From Acidimicrobiia bacterium (lineage in GTDB: Bacteria > Actinomycetota > Acidimicrobiia > Acidimicrobiales > Poriferisodalaceae), in assembly GCA_022820505.1 (NCBI GenBank), contig JAJEFK010000014.1:80206-144205 (forward strand): 64,000 nucleotides of DNA, given 5' to 3'. A program made the translations under genes and the position numbers. Position 1 is the stretch's first letter; the number at the start of each line of letters is the position of its first letter. Positions 1 to 10,001 of this stretch are shown here, one piece after another. The notes beneath the pieces were generated by a model. That model had not been told where the DNA came from. It did not search any database and saw only the letters and a list, made by a program, of their open reading frames with translations.

Positions 1-37
1 GGTCTCACGAGGAGCCTGCCCTCGCTGAACTTGATCT

Positions 38-1150
38 TCAGAAACCGAGGGCGGTGAGGGGGTCGGTGTAGGGGAGGTCTAGGGCGGCGGCTACGTGGGG
101 CTCGGTGACGCGGCCTTTGTAGACGTTCAGGCCTGCTCGCAAGTGGGGGTCGGTGCGCAGGGCGTCGAGGCCGTGCTCGGCGATGGCCAACACCCGTGGC
201 AGGGTGGCGTCGCTGAGCGCCCGGGTGGAGGTGACCGGCACGGCGCCGGGCATGTTCGCGACGCAGTAGTGCACCACGCCGTCGACCACGAAGGTCGGCT
301 CGGCATGGGTCGTTGGCTTGGATGTCTCGAAGCAGCCGCCTTGGTCGATGGCCACGTCGACCACTACCGATCCGGGACGCATCTGCTTGATCAGGTCGGC
401 CGTCACGAGCTTCGGCGCCCGGGCCCCGGTCACCAGCACGGCGCCGATCACCAAGTCGGCGTTCTGCACCTCGGTCTCGACGGTCGCCCGGGTTGAGGTC
501 ACCGTGACCACTGACGCACCGAAACGCTGCTCGAGGTGATCCAGCGCAGCCGGGTCGATGTCGAGCACCCGCACGTCGGCACCCATGCCGATGGCGATCT
601 CGGCGGCATTCTCGCCCACAACTCCCCCGCCGATGATCGCCACCCTGGCTGGCGGCACACCGGGCACCCCACCGATCAGCAGGCCGATGCCCCCATGTGC
701 GGTCTCGAGCGCCCACGCCCCCGCCTGCACGGCAAGGCGACCGGCGACCCGGGACATCGGTGCCAGCAACGGCAGCCCGCCACGCGAGTCGGTCACGGTC
801 TCGTAGGCGACACAGGCCGCGCCCGAATCCACCAGATCGGCCGTCTGGTCGGGATCCGGCGCGAGATGCAGGTAGGCGAACAGAATCTGGCCCGCGCCGA
901 GCATCTTGCGTTCGGACGCCTGCGGCTCCTTCACTTTGACAACCAGCTCGGCCTTGTCCCACACCTCGCTACAGCTGCGGATAAGCGCGCCGGCAGCCTC
1001 GTATTCGGCATCGGACACGCGGATGCCGGCACCGGCGCCACTCTCAACGAGCACTTGGTGATCGTGCAGCACCAGCTCGCGCACAGCGTGCGGCGTCAGC
1101 CCGACGCGTTGCTCGCCCGCCTTGAGCTCACGAGGCAATCCGATCAGCAT
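38..1150 (-). CDS. ald: L-alanine dehydrogenase
   Basis: ORF 38..1567 trimmed to the internal ATG (cat at 1148-1150), giving MLIGLPRELKAGEQRVGLTP... Full-length AlaDH-like sequence with the NAD fold motif VAIIGGGVVG. The 139 upstream codons are Arg/Ser/Pro-rich read-through. Confidence 0.9.
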   Translation of the reverse strand: MLIGLPRELKAGEQRVGLTPHAVRELVLHDHQVLVESGAGAGIRVSDAEYEAAGALIRSCSEVWDKAELVVKVKEPQASERKMLGAGQILFAYLHLAPDPDQTADLVDSGAACVAYETVTDSRGGLPLLAPMSRVAGRLAVQAGAWALETAHGGIGLLIGGVPGVPPARVAIIGGGVVGENAAEIAIGMGADVRVLDIDPAALDHLEQRFGASVVTVTSTRATVETEVQNADLVIGAVLVTGARAPKLVTADLIKQMRPGSVVVDVAIDQGGCFETSKPTTHAEPTFVVDGVVHYCVANMPGAVPVTSTRALSDATLPRVLAIAEHGLDALRTDPHLRAGLNVYKGRVTEPHVAAALDLPYTDPLTALGF

Positions 1151-1250
1151 GCGGTCACCTCCCGAGCAGGTGCCCAATTCCCCATGCGCCCGCTGAGGGG
1201 GCGCACCCCGTTCGGGCCACGAAGCCCGGGCGAAGTCTACGATTCCGCCG

Positions 1251-2936
1251 ATGGGCACCCGCGACCAGGGGACCGACACCGATAGGGCCGCGGCGGACGG
1301 CGTCAGCACCGACGGCTGGACGCTGCCCGATCTTGTGCGGCAAGCCGCGGCCTCCCACGGCGACAGAGAGTTTCTTGCGTTCGAAGACGGCCGCACGCTC
1401 AGCTTCGCCGAGCTCGACAGCCACACGGACCGGCTCGCTACCGCCCTCGATGATCTCGGCCTGCGGCCGGGCGACCGGTTGCTGGGTCTGCTCACGAACA
1501 GTCTCGAGTTCATGCTGCTGATGATCGCCACCCACAAGCGGCGGGCGATCTTCGTGCCGATCAACACCGACTTGCGCGGTGCCTTCCTCGAGCATCAGGT
1601 CAACAACTCCGAGCCCCGCATCGTGGCCGTCGACCACGGGCTGCTGGAGCGCTTCGACGACATCGAACCCGGCTCACTCGACCCGTCCGAGACCGACATC
1701 CAGGCCACGATCCTGGTCGACGACGGCGACTACGGCGCCGGTGCCGGCGGTGTGCTCATGGGCTCGGCGGAGGTCTCCATCGAAGAGCTGCTGGAGACCG
1801 AGGTGCGTCCCGAGGCAGTGCTGGCGGCCGAACCCAGCGATGTCTGCACGATCATGTACACCTCGGGCACCACCGGTCCCGCCAAGGGCGTGCTGATGCC
1901 CCAGGCGCACTGCTACCTGTTCGGCCTCGGAACCGCCCAAAGCCTGCAGATCACACCGGAGGACCGCTTCTACTGCTGCATGCCGATGTTCCATGCGAAC
2001 GGCCTGTTCATGCAGGTCTTTGCGTCACTCCACGCCGGCGCCTCGGTCTACGTGGAGAAGCGGTTCAGCGCCGGGAAATGGCTCGACACGGTGAGGCGGC
2101 ACCAGATCACCCTGACGAATGCCCTCGGGGTCATGCCCGAGTTCATCTGGCGCAGCCTGTCGACGGACCACGACCGCGACCATCAGCTGCGGGCCGTCAT
2201 CGCGCTGCCGGTGGCGGCGGAATGGGCCGCAGCGTTCGAAGAGCGCTTCGGCGTGCGGATCGTGCAGGGCTACGGGATGACCGAGATCAACATGGTCTCC
2301 TACACCAGCTTCGACGACCCGGTGATGTCGGGCTGTGCGGGGCGGCCGCTGGCCGAATTCTTCGACGTCATCGTGGCCGATCCCGAGACCGACCTGCCCG
2401 TTGCGCCCGATGAGACCGGCGAGATCCTGGTGCGTCCCAAGGTGCCGTTCTGCTTCAACGTGGGCTATCACCGCATGCCCGAACGCACCGTGGCGGCGTG
2501 GCGGAACCTGTGGTTCCACACCGGCGATGCAGGAAGGCTCGATGAAGAGGGGCGGCTGCACTTCGTGGACCGGCTGAACGACCGCATCCGCCGGCGCGGC
2601 GAGAACATCTCCAGCTACGAAGTCGAGACGGTGATCAACGGCTACGCCGGCGTGATCGAGTGCGCCGTCGTCGGCTTGCGCGTCGAGGGTGCCGGCGGGG
2701 AGGACGAAGTGCTGGCCGTCGTCGCCGTCAGCGGGCCGGCGCCCGACCCGGTCCACTTTCTGGACTGGTGCGTGCCCCGCATGCCCCGCCACAGCGTGCC
2801 GCGCTACCTGCAATTCGTGCGCGAGCTCGACAAGACCGCCTCGGGCAAGATCCGCAAGCAGGCCATCCGGGACGCAGGCGTCACCGCGGACCTGTGGGAC
2901 CGCGAGTCAGTCGGGTACACCGTGGCCCGCGGCTGA
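1251..2936 (+). CDS. AMP-dependent acyl-CoA synthetase/ligase
   Basis: AMP-binding signature MYTSGTTGPAKGV, GYGMTE motif and C-terminal TASGKIRK. Divergent from ald across a 100-bp spacer. Confidence 0.85.
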   Translation: MGTRDQGTDTDRAAADGVSTDGWTLPDLVRQAAASHGDREFLAFEDGRTLSFAELDSHTDRLATALDDLGLRPGDRLLGLLTNSLEFMLLMIATHKRRAIFVPINTDLRGAFLEHQVNNSEPRIVAVDHGLLERFDDIEPGSLDPSETDIQATILVDDGDYGAGAGGVLMGSAEVSIEELLETEVRPEAVLAAEPSDVCTIMYTSGTTGPAKGVLMPQAHCYLFGLGTAQSLQITPEDRFYCCMPMFHANGLFMQVFASLHAGASVYVEKRFSAGKWLDTVRRHQITLTNALGVMPEFIWRSLSTDHDRDHQLRAVIALPVAAEWAAAFEERFGVRIVQGYGMTEINMVSYTSFDDPVMSGCAGRPLAEFFDVIVADPETDLPVAPDETGEILVRPKVPFCFNVGYHRMPERTVAAWRNLWFHTGDAGRLDEEGRLHFVDRLNDRIRRRGENISSYEVETVINGYAGVIECAVVGLRVEGAGGEDEVLAVVAVSGPAPDPVHFLDWCVPRMPRHSVPRYLQFVRELDKTASGKIRKQAIRDAGVTADLWDRESVGYTVARG

Positions 2937-2940
2937 GCGT

Positions 2941-3927
2941 CTACAGGTCGGGGCGGAGCAGGACCCGGCCGGTGGTCTTGCGCTGGTGCAACGCCTGCAG
3001 GCCGTCGATCAGGCCGTCGAGCGGCAGCTCCTGGCTGACGAGCGGGTCGAGCCTGCCGTCGGCCACTTGTGGCCAGATCTCGGCGTAGCACTCGTCGAGC
3101 ACCTCGTCCTTGCGCCCGCGGTAGCCGCCCATGTGCACCCCGACCACCGAGTAGTTCTTGACCAGCAAGTGGTTCGCCGGTGCCTGGGGAATCGTGCCGC
3201 TGGCGAAACCGACCACGAGCAGGCGGCCTTCCCATGCCACGAGCCGCCGGGCGACGTCGAAGTACTTGCCGCCGACAGGGTCGTAGATGATGTCGCAGCC
3301 CCGCTTCCCGGTGGCATCCATCACGGATTGGTACAGATCGTCGTTGTCGTAGTCGATGACGATGTCGGCGCCGAGCTGGCGGCAGGTCTCCACCTTGGCG
3401 GGCCCGCCAGCAGCAGCGAGCACAGTGCAACCTGCCGCCTTGGCCATCTGGACCGCGGCAGAGCCGACGCCGCCCGCTGCGGCAAGCACCAGCACCGTTT
3501 CGCCGGCCTGCATCTGGCCTCGCCGGTACAGCGAGAACCACGCGGTGCCATAGATCACATTCGCGGCGCACGCATCGGGGATCGACACATCGTCGGGGAC
3601 GCGCCGCGCTGTCGCACCTCTGATGAGCGCTTCGCTGGCGTAACCGCCCCAGCCGGCGGTACCCGAGCCGATCACGCGATCGCCAACCTTCAGGTCGCAG
3701 TCGGGTCCCACGGCGACCACCGTGCCCGAAGCGCCCATCCCGGGCGTGAACGGCGGGTCCCACCGCTCCTGGTAGGTGCCTTGGCAGTGCAGGATGTCCG
3801 CGAAGTTGAGATCGGTGGCCTCCACGGTGATGCGCGCCTGGCCCGGACCCGGCTCGGGTGAGTCGTACTCGCCCAGCTCCAGCACATCCCACGGATAGCC
3901 CAACTCGTTCAATCGCCACGCTCTCAT
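2941..3927 (-). CDS. NADPH:quinone oxidoreductase-like MDR (zeta-crystallin family)
   Basis: MRAWRLNELG...ITVEATDLNFADILHCQGTYQ N-terminus and the cofactor loop VLAAAGGVGSAAVQMAKAAG. Start set to the ATG at 3927 inside ORF 2941..4005. Confidence 0.8.
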   Translation of the reverse strand: MRAWRLNELGYPWDVLELGEYDSPEPGPGQARITVEATDLNFADILHCQGTYQERWDPPFTPGMGASGTVVAVGPDCDLKVGDRVIGSGTAGWGGYASEALIRGATARRVPDDVSIPDACAANVIYGTAWFSLYRRGQMQAGETVLVLAAAGGVGSAAVQMAKAAGCTVLAAAGGPAKVETCRQLGADIVIDYDNDDLYQSVMDATGKRGCDIIYDPVGGKYFDVARRLVAWEGRLLVVGFASGTIPQAPANHLLVKNYSVVGVHMGGYRGRKDEVLDECYAEIWPQVADGRLDPLVSQELPLDGLIDGLQALHQRKTTGRVLLRPDL

Positions 3928-4089
3928 CGGTTCCCCTTGAAGTCGCTCGTATCGCTGGTCGGGCGGGCTCGATGCAACCCCTCCGAACCGGCAGAACCGT
4001 ACCAACGGCCCGTCACACGTTCAGAGGCTCAGCCCCTCCGACACACGAGCCGCCGCACGCGTACGCTCGGGAGAGCGCAAGGAGGCACC

Positions 4090-5094
4090 GTGGCGCTCAC
4101 GACGCAGGACCGCAGCACGGCAGGGCCGACGACGGACACAGCAGACGTCATTCCGATCTTGGACTTGGCACCGCTCAACGAGCCGATGCCCGATCCAGCG
4201 GCTCAAGCTGCCCTCGCCGCCGAACTGCGCGACGCCCTCACCGAGGTGGGCTTCTTCTTCATCGTGAACCACGGTGTGCCGGCCGAGACCATCGAGCACA
4301 TGTTCGACGAGGCCCGCCGCCTGCATGCGCTCCCCCAGCCGGTGAAGGACTCGATCCCGATGGGCAAGCTGGCAGGCGGCTATCTGGGCATGGGCGGCGG
4401 CACGTCGTACGCCTCCGACATCGCGGGGCCCGTGCGCAAGCCCAACCAGAACGAGGCCTTCTTCTGCCACCGGCACGGCTACCACACCGAGAATCAGTTC
4501 CCGCCGCTCGAGGATTTCGCGCAGAGCTGCGAGAGCTACATCGACCAGCTCATCGCCTTGGGCTCACGGATGCTGCCGATCCTGGCGCTGTCGCTGGACC
4601 TGCCCCCCGACTACTTCACGCCGCACTTCGACGAGCCCAGCGTGACACTGCGCATGTCGCACTACCCGCCGATGGACTACGACGACAACGAGTGGGGCCT
4701 CGCGCCGCACACGGACAGCTCGGTGTTCACGTTCCTGCCGGCCAACGACGTGCCGGGGCTGGAGATCCGCCCGGCTGGCTACGACTGGATCAAGCCGCCG
4801 CAGATGGCCGGCTCCTATCTCGTCAACAGCGGCGACATGCTGAAGCGCTGGACGAACAACGTGTACCTGTCAACCGCGCACCGGGCACGGAACCTGTCGG
4901 CCGGCGACCGGTACGCAGTGCCGTTCTTCTACGGAGCCCGCGACGACGCAGTGGTCGACCCCGTGCCCACCACGGTCAGCGACGAGCGCCCGGCCCGCCA
5001 CGAGCCGATCACCTACGGCGACTACCAGCGCTGGTTCCTGAACCGCAACTACGAGAACGTCACCGGCGAGAAGGTCGGCACGTTCGAGAGCTGA
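4090..5094 (+). CDS. 2-oxoglutarate/Fe(II)-dependent oxygenase (isopenicillin-N-synthase-like)
   Basis: VIPILDL...FFFIVNHGVP N-terminal pattern, HxD...H triad (LAPHTDSS, STAHRA) and RYAVPFF. The in-frame GTG at 4090 follows AAGGAGG (4079-4085). The TTG at 3937 would leave no promoter space. Confidence 0.8.
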   Translation: MALTTQDRSTAGPTTDTADVIPILDLAPLNEPMPDPAAQAALAAELRDALTEVGFFFIVNHGVPAETIEHMFDEARRLHALPQPVKDSIPMGKLAGGYLGMGGGTSYASDIAGPVRKPNQNEAFFCHRHGYHTENQFPPLEDFAQSCESYIDQLIALGSRMLPILALSLDLPPDYFTPHFDEPSVTLRMSHYPPMDYDDNEWGLAPHTDSSVFTFLPANDVPGLEIRPAGYDWIKPPQMAGSYLVNSGDMLKRWTNNVYLSTAHRARNLSAGDRYAVPFFYGARDDAVVDPVPTTVSDERPARHEPITYGDYQRWFLNRNYENVTGEKVGTFES

Positions 5095-5103
5095 CGGCCC
5101 GGC

Positions 5104-5117
5104 GCCCCGGCCGGGGC
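5104..5117. terminator. Possible bidirectional hairpin between convergent genes
   Basis: Perfect GC palindrome gccccggccggggc in the 32-bp gap between the 2OG oxygenase (+) and the CoA-transferase (-). There is no T-tract. Confidence 0.3.
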
Positions 5118-5126
5118 CGCAGCCGA

Positions 5127-7577
5127 CTATTCGAGCACTCCGGCCACGGCCAGCTCGGAGATCTGATCCTGGTCGTAGCCGAGCAGCTGCTCCAGCACCA
5201 CGAAGGTGTGCTCGCCATAGGTCGGGCCCGCGTGATCGATGCCGTCCGAGCTGCGCGACATGGCGAATCGCGCTCCCTCGACCCACATCGTGCCGTTGGT
5301 GCCGTGCGGCACGTTGCGGAAGTGGTTGCGGTGCGCCAGTTGCGGGTCGTTGGTCATGACTTCGGAGTTGGCGACTGCGTGGGCCGGCACGCCGGCGGCC
5401 TGCAGCTCGACGTGCGCTTCGACGTTGTCTCGCTCCGAGGTCCACGCGGTGATCCGGTCGGCGATCTCGGCGGCACGTTCGCGCCGCTCCTCGACACCCA
5501 ATCCGGCCACGTCGTCGGCGCCGATGACGCCGCACAGGCCAGTCCACTGGTCGTCGTTCTCGCAGGCCACGGCGATCCAGCGGTCCTCGCCCGCCGATGC
5601 GAACACCCCATGGGGCGACATCGCGGGATGGTCGTTGCCCATCTTGTCGGGCAGGTGCGCGTTCACGTCGTAATCGAGCACTGCAGGCGCAAGGAAGGTC
5701 ATGGACGATTCGGCTTGCGACAGGTCGATGTACTGCCCCTCGCCGGTGCGGTCGCGATGGTCCAGCGCAGCCAGCAGGGCAGCGCTCAGGAACTTGGGCG
5801 ACACGTAGTCGGTGTAGGCGCCGAACACGCCGGCAGGGTCGCGATCGGGCCAGCCGGTCATCTCGTAGAAGCCCGACATGGACGCACCCATCGTGCCGAA
5901 GCCGGCCAGCGACGACAGCGGTCCGCTCTGGCCGAACAGGCAGCTCGACGCCATGATGATGTCGGGCTTGACCGCTCGCAGATCCTCGTAGGAGAGGTTG
6001 AGGTCGGCCAGCGCATGGGGCGAGAACGACTCGGTGACAACATCGGCCCAGCGCACCAGGTCCAGGATGAGGTCGCGGCTCTCAGGCTTGGAGATGTCGA
6101 TGGTGATGCCGAGCTTGCTGGCGTTCATGTTCTGGTACAGCCCGCCGTTCTCCGCACCCGCCTCGTCGTTGAGGAACGGTTGGATGGTGCGGGCCGCCTC
6201 CACCTTGTGGGTGGACTCCACACGCACCACCGTGGCGCCCCAGTCAGCCAGCTCGCGCGTCGAGCCGGGCCCGGCCATCACCCACATGAAGTCCAGGATC
6301 TTGACGTCTGCCAGCGGCAGTGCCGGGTCGCGGTGACCTGCTGCGGCAGCAGCCACCAAGCCCTCGGAGGTAGCCACCGACGCCGGGGCACTCACATCGG
6401 CCAGCACCTCATCGGTGTGCTCGCCGATCGACGGAGGCGGGGTCGAGATATCCAGCGGAGCGGCGCTGAACCGAGCGCACGGGCCGGGGTAGCGCACAGA
6501 GTCGAGGCCGCCAGTGGGAATGTCGCGCCAGAAGTTCCGCTCGGCGTACTGGGGCGCCTCGACCACGTCGGCCACCGTGGTGATCGGCACGATCAGCAGG
6601 CGCTTGTCGAGCGCCACCTCCAGCAGCTCTGCCTTGGTGCGTGTGGCGGTGAAGTCGGCGGCGACCTGCTGGATGCGCTCGTACTCGGTGGGCGGGATGC
6701 GCCCGGTGATCACGCCTTCCACGAAGTTGATCCAGTCGATCTCGAGGTCGCTGTCGGCGCAGCCGCCCTCGGAGTGCATCCACTCGAACAGGCGCGCCCC
6801 GAACGGCCCGATGGACTCGCCGAACAGGATCGTCGCCGACACGTAGCCGTCGGAAGCAGGCGAGCGCAGCCGCACCCGGAACGGCCCCAGGCGGGCGCCG
6901 CCGCTCATGCGCAGCAACTCGGGCGAGTTGTAGAGATGGCACAGCGTGGCCGACTGGGTGGCCTGCGTGACGGCCTGCTGCGCGCTGACGTCGACATGCT
7001 GACCCAGACCGCTGCGCTTGCGTTCCCGCAAGGCGATCAGCGACGCAACGGCAGCCTCGGCGGAGGCGTGCAGGAAGCACTGGTCGAGCGGGATGCGCAG
7101 CGGGGGCCGGTCCTCGTCGCCGACCACGTTGGACAGCATGCTTGCGGCCGAGACGATGAGATCGGTGGCCGCCCAGTCGGCCTTCGGCCCGGATTGGCCG
7201 AACGCCGTCACCGATGTGTAAACGAGCCCGGGATTGACGTCGGCCATGTCACTGGGGCCCAAACTACGGGCGGCCATGGCACCCGGGGGGTCGGATTCGA
7301 TGAGCACGTCTGCGGTGGCAGCGAGGTCGCGCAGCCGCTGCTGGTCGCCGGGATCGTCGAGGTCGAGCGCAACGCTGCGCTTGCCACGGTTGTACGACCA
7401 GAACCACAGCGAGGCTTCGGGGTCGCCCTCGCGACCCGCGACGAACGGGCCGACGGCGCGCGCGGCCGACCCGTCGGGCGGCTCCACCAGGATCACGTCC
7501 GCTCCCAGATCAGCCAGCAGCGCTCCCGCCATCTGGCCTCGATGATCCGACAGGTCCAGTACTCGACAGCCCAGCAC
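5127..7577 (-). CDS. Double-domain family III (CaiB/BaiF) CoA-transferase, 816 aa
   Basis: Two complete family-III modules. N-half: RVLDLSDHRGQMAGALLADLGADVILVEPP ... FGQSGPKADWAATDLIVSAAS. C-half: VKILDFMWVMAGPGSTRELADWGATVVRVES ... FGQSGPLSSLAGFGTMGASMSG. Confidence 0.85.
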   Translation of the reverse strand: MLGCRVLDLSDHRGQMAGALLADLGADVILVEPPDGSAARAVGPFVAGREGDPEASLWFWSYNRGKRSVALDLDDPGDQQRLRDLAATADVLIESDPPGAMAARSLGPSDMADVNPGLVYTSVTAFGQSGPKADWAATDLIVSAASMLSNVVGDEDRPPLRIPLDQCFLHASAEAAVASLIALRERKRSGLGQHVDVSAQQAVTQATQSATLCHLYNSPELLRMSGGARLGPFRVRLRSPASDGYVSATILFGESIGPFGARLFEWMHSEGGCADSDLEIDWINFVEGVITGRIPPTEYERIQQVAADFTATRTKAELLEVALDKRLLIVPITTVADVVEAPQYAERNFWRDIPTGGLDSVRYPGPCARFSAAPLDISTPPPSIGEHTDEVLADVSAPASVATSEGLVAAAAAGHRDPALPLADVKILDFMWVMAGPGSTRELADWGATVVRVESTHKVEAARTIQPFLNDEAGAENGGLYQNMNASKLGITIDISKPESRDLILDLVRWADVVTESFSPHALADLNLSYEDLRAVKPDIIMASSCLFGQSGPLSSLAGFGTMGASMSGFYEMTGWPDRDPAGVFGAYTDYVSPKFLSAALLAALDHRDRTGEGQYIDLSQAESSMTFLAPAVLDYDVNAHLPDKMGNDHPAMSPHGVFASAGEDRWIAVACENDDQWTGLCGVIGADDVAGLGVEERRERAAEIADRITAWTSERDNVEAHVELQAAGVPAHAVANSEVMTNDPQLAHRNHFRNVPHGTNGTMWVEGARFAMSRSSDGIDHAGPTYGEHTFVVLEQLLGYDQDQISELAVAGVLE

Positions 7578-7635
7578 GACGACGCCCTTCCGTTGGTTGC
7601 GCGCAGAACCTAGTGCGACCGCGGGAGGCCTCTGA

Positions 7636-8316
7636 TCAGCGGCCCAGCACCGGCTGAGCTTCCACCACTCGCAACCACACAGGCGTCGGCACGATGACCG
7701 GCCCAGCGATCCCGCTCAGCCCGGTGTTCGAGGTCCAGCGCACGGTCCAGACCGACTGGACCGTGCCGCGGAAACGGCCGGTCAGCCCTGCAGTGGAGGC
7801 ACGCTGGAAGACGTGACTGCACAGCGAGCGGGTGCCGGGCACGAGCCAGGGCAGGCCCGGGCCTGGGCACGACACCAGCGGTGAACCGTCGCCGGGAACC
7901 ATCTGCAGGGTCACCGGCGTGGCAACGAGGGTGACCACAACGTTCCCGGCGGCGACGACGCGCACGATGGGTCGCCAGCTCGCCGCCGACACCCAGAACC
8001 ACGTGTCGATGCCGACCAGCGTGCGGACACGCTGCGCTGGCGGTGCGAAGAACGGCACCGGGCGCGGGAACGACAGCGACGACAGGCCCAAGTTGGCGGC
8101 CTTGCCGACGCGCGCGGCCTTGTGGGCCGGATCGCTGCTGTCCACGTCGATGCGCAGGTCTGCCAGCACCGGATCGCGTGCTGGCGGCCGCTCAGGAAGC
8201 GCCGCACTGCCGCCCCGCAGTGACAGGGCGGGCCCCGCCGACGCCGCTGACGCCATTGGCAGGCTCAGCAGGCCCAGGCTCGCGCCCAGCAAGATGAATT
8301 TCGTGATATTTCGCAT
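7636..8316 (-). CDS. Secreted hypothetical protein
   Basis: MRNITKFILLGASLGLLSLPMASAASAG looks like a Sec signal peptide. High GC3. I recognise no family. The start could instead be the GTG at 8340. Confidence 0.55.
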   Translation of the reverse strand: MRNITKFILLGASLGLLSLPMASAASAGPALSLRGGSAALPERPPARDPVLADLRIDVDSSDPAHKAARVGKAANLGLSSLSFPRPVPFFAPPAQRVRTLVGIDTWFWVSAASWRPIVRVVAAGNVVVTLVATPVTLQMVPGDGSPLVSCPGPGLPWLVPGTRSLCSHVFQRASTAGLTGRFRGTVQSVWTVRWTSNTGLSGIAGPVIVPTPVWLRVVEAQPVLGR

Positions 8317-8483
8317 CTGCCTACCGTCGTGCCGCTGCACGCCCCAGACAAGCGATTTTCAACGTGCCGGCGCAGGCAGGCAGCAAACGGATGCGGCGAA
8401 CTAGGTTGCCTGCACCGTTCAACACGAACGTGGCCAGGACGATCCCGGCCACCACCGACTTGTCAGTGCAGGAGGTCCGGCAC

Positions 8484-9938
8484 ATGGCCGCGGATGATTT
8501 CGCCTACGCCACGACTCTGGAGACTGCGGCCGCCATCGCCGCTGGGAATGTCTCCTCCAGGGAGCTGCTCGAAGCGGCCCTCGCACGGGTGGACCGTCTC
8601 GACGGTCCCATCAACGCCGTGGTGGCACTCGATGCCGAGCGCGCACGGACCGCTGCCGATGCGGCAGACGCAGCAGTGGCCCGCGGAGACGAACTGGGGC
8701 CGCTGCACGGCGTTCCCGTCACCATCAAGGACTCGTTCCAGACCGAGGGGCTGGTCACCACCTCGGGCGCCCCGGCGCTCGCCGACTTCGTGCCTGAGCG
8801 CGACGCCGATCCCGTCGCTCGCTACAAGGCTGCGGGGGCGGTGGTGTTCGCCAAGACCAACCTGCCGCTGTTCGCCGGCGACGCCCAGTCGTACAACGAG
8901 GTGTACGGCACCACCGCCAACCCGTACAACGTGGAGCACACCCCCGGCGGATCGTCGGGCGGATCGGGGGCGGCGCTGGCTGCCGGCTACACCCCGCTCG
9001 AACTGGGCTCCGACATCGGCGGTTCCATCCGCATCCCGTCGCACTGGTCGGGAGTCACCGGGCACAAGCCCAGCTACGGCGTCGTGTCGGCACTGGGCCA
9101 GATCCCCGGCATGCCGGGCACACTCAGCCAGGCCGACATCGCCGTTGCCGGACCGATGGCACGTGATGTCGACGACCTGGAAATGGCGCTCGACATCCTG
9201 GCCGGGCCCGACGCGTGGAACTCCAAGGCCTATGCGCTCGACCTGCCGCCGGCCCGCCACAGCGACATCTCCGACTTCCGGGTAGCGGTGTGGCTCGACG
9301 AGGAGCTGTGCCCGATCGACACCGAGTACCGGGAACTGCTGCTGGGAGCGGCCAGCGCGCTGGAGCAAGCGGGCGCCCGGGTGGACACCGAGGCTCGACC
9401 GTCGTTCACGTTCGAGAAGGCCGTCGACACGTTCCTGCACCTGCTCTCCGCGGCCGAGGCCGGTACATGGACGCTCGCTCAGCTCGAGGAGATCGCCTCG
9501 TCGAGCGACGAGCCTCAGGGCGATCTGGGCATCTGGTACGCCGCGATGCGTCACCGGGAATGGCTGAGCTGGCACGAGCGCCGGCTGCAGCAGCGCAGGC
9601 GCTGGGAGGAGTTCTTCACCGACTGGGATGTGGTGCTGCTGCCGGTGACGCCGACCGCGGCAGTCCGCCACGACCACAGCCGCCCGGCCACCAACCGCCG
9701 CATCACGGTGAACGGCGAGAGCCGGCCATACTTCGACATCATCAAGTGGATGGGGCTCACCGGCGTGTCATGGCTGCCCGCCACCGTGGTGCCTGTGGGC
9801 ACAGTGCCCGCGGCCGGGGGCGATCTGCCGGTCGGGGTGCAGATCGCAGGACCATTCCTGGAGGACCGCACGACGCTGGCCGTGGGCCGCTTCCTGAACG
9901 AGGCGCTCGGCGGATTCCAGCGGCCGGCGGGCTTCTGA
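8484..9938 (+). CDS. Amidase (amidase-signature family)
   Basis: GPLHGVPVTIKD and the TPGGSSGGSGAALAAG signature. ATG at 8484 follows AGGAGG (8470-8475). Confidence 0.85.
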   Translation: MAADDFAYATTLETAAAIAAGNVSSRELLEAALARVDRLDGPINAVVALDAERARTAADAADAAVARGDELGPLHGVPVTIKDSFQTEGLVTTSGAPALADFVPERDADPVARYKAAGAVVFAKTNLPLFAGDAQSYNEVYGTTANPYNVEHTPGGSSGGSGAALAAGYTPLELGSDIGGSIRIPSHWSGVTGHKPSYGVVSALGQIPGMPGTLSQADIAVAGPMARDVDDLEMALDILAGPDAWNSKAYALDLPPARHSDISDFRVAVWLDEELCPIDTEYRELLLGAASALEQAGARVDTEARPSFTFEKAVDTFLHLLSAAEAGTWTLAQLEEIASSSDEPQGDLGIWYAAMRHREWLSWHERRLQQRRRWEEFFTDWDVVLLPVTPTAAVRHDHSRPATNRRITVNGESRPYFDIIKWMGLTGVSWLPATVVPVGTVPAAGGDLPVGVQIAGPFLEDRTTLAVGRFLNEALGGFQRPAGF

Positions 9939-10001
9939 GCGACGCTGCGCTCGTTCTCCAGCCAAGAGCCAGCACAGCTTGCGAACCCGCCGCAACGCGC
10001 C

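Noticed and set aside
38-1567. 509-aa version of alanine dehydrogenase, and similar 5' extensions of 2941..4005, 46958..48232, 43658..44203 and 34952..36424
   Set aside because: The extensions are Arg/Pro/Ser-rich, overlap neighbouring genes or promoters, and lie upstream of internal starts that give canonical N-termini.
3858-7613. 1251-aa ORF on the + strand
   Set aside because: It runs antisense to the well-supported double CoA-transferase and across other genes. The translation is Arg/Gly/Ala/Pro-rich with no recognisable domain. This is a typical stop-free shadow frame in GC-rich DNA.
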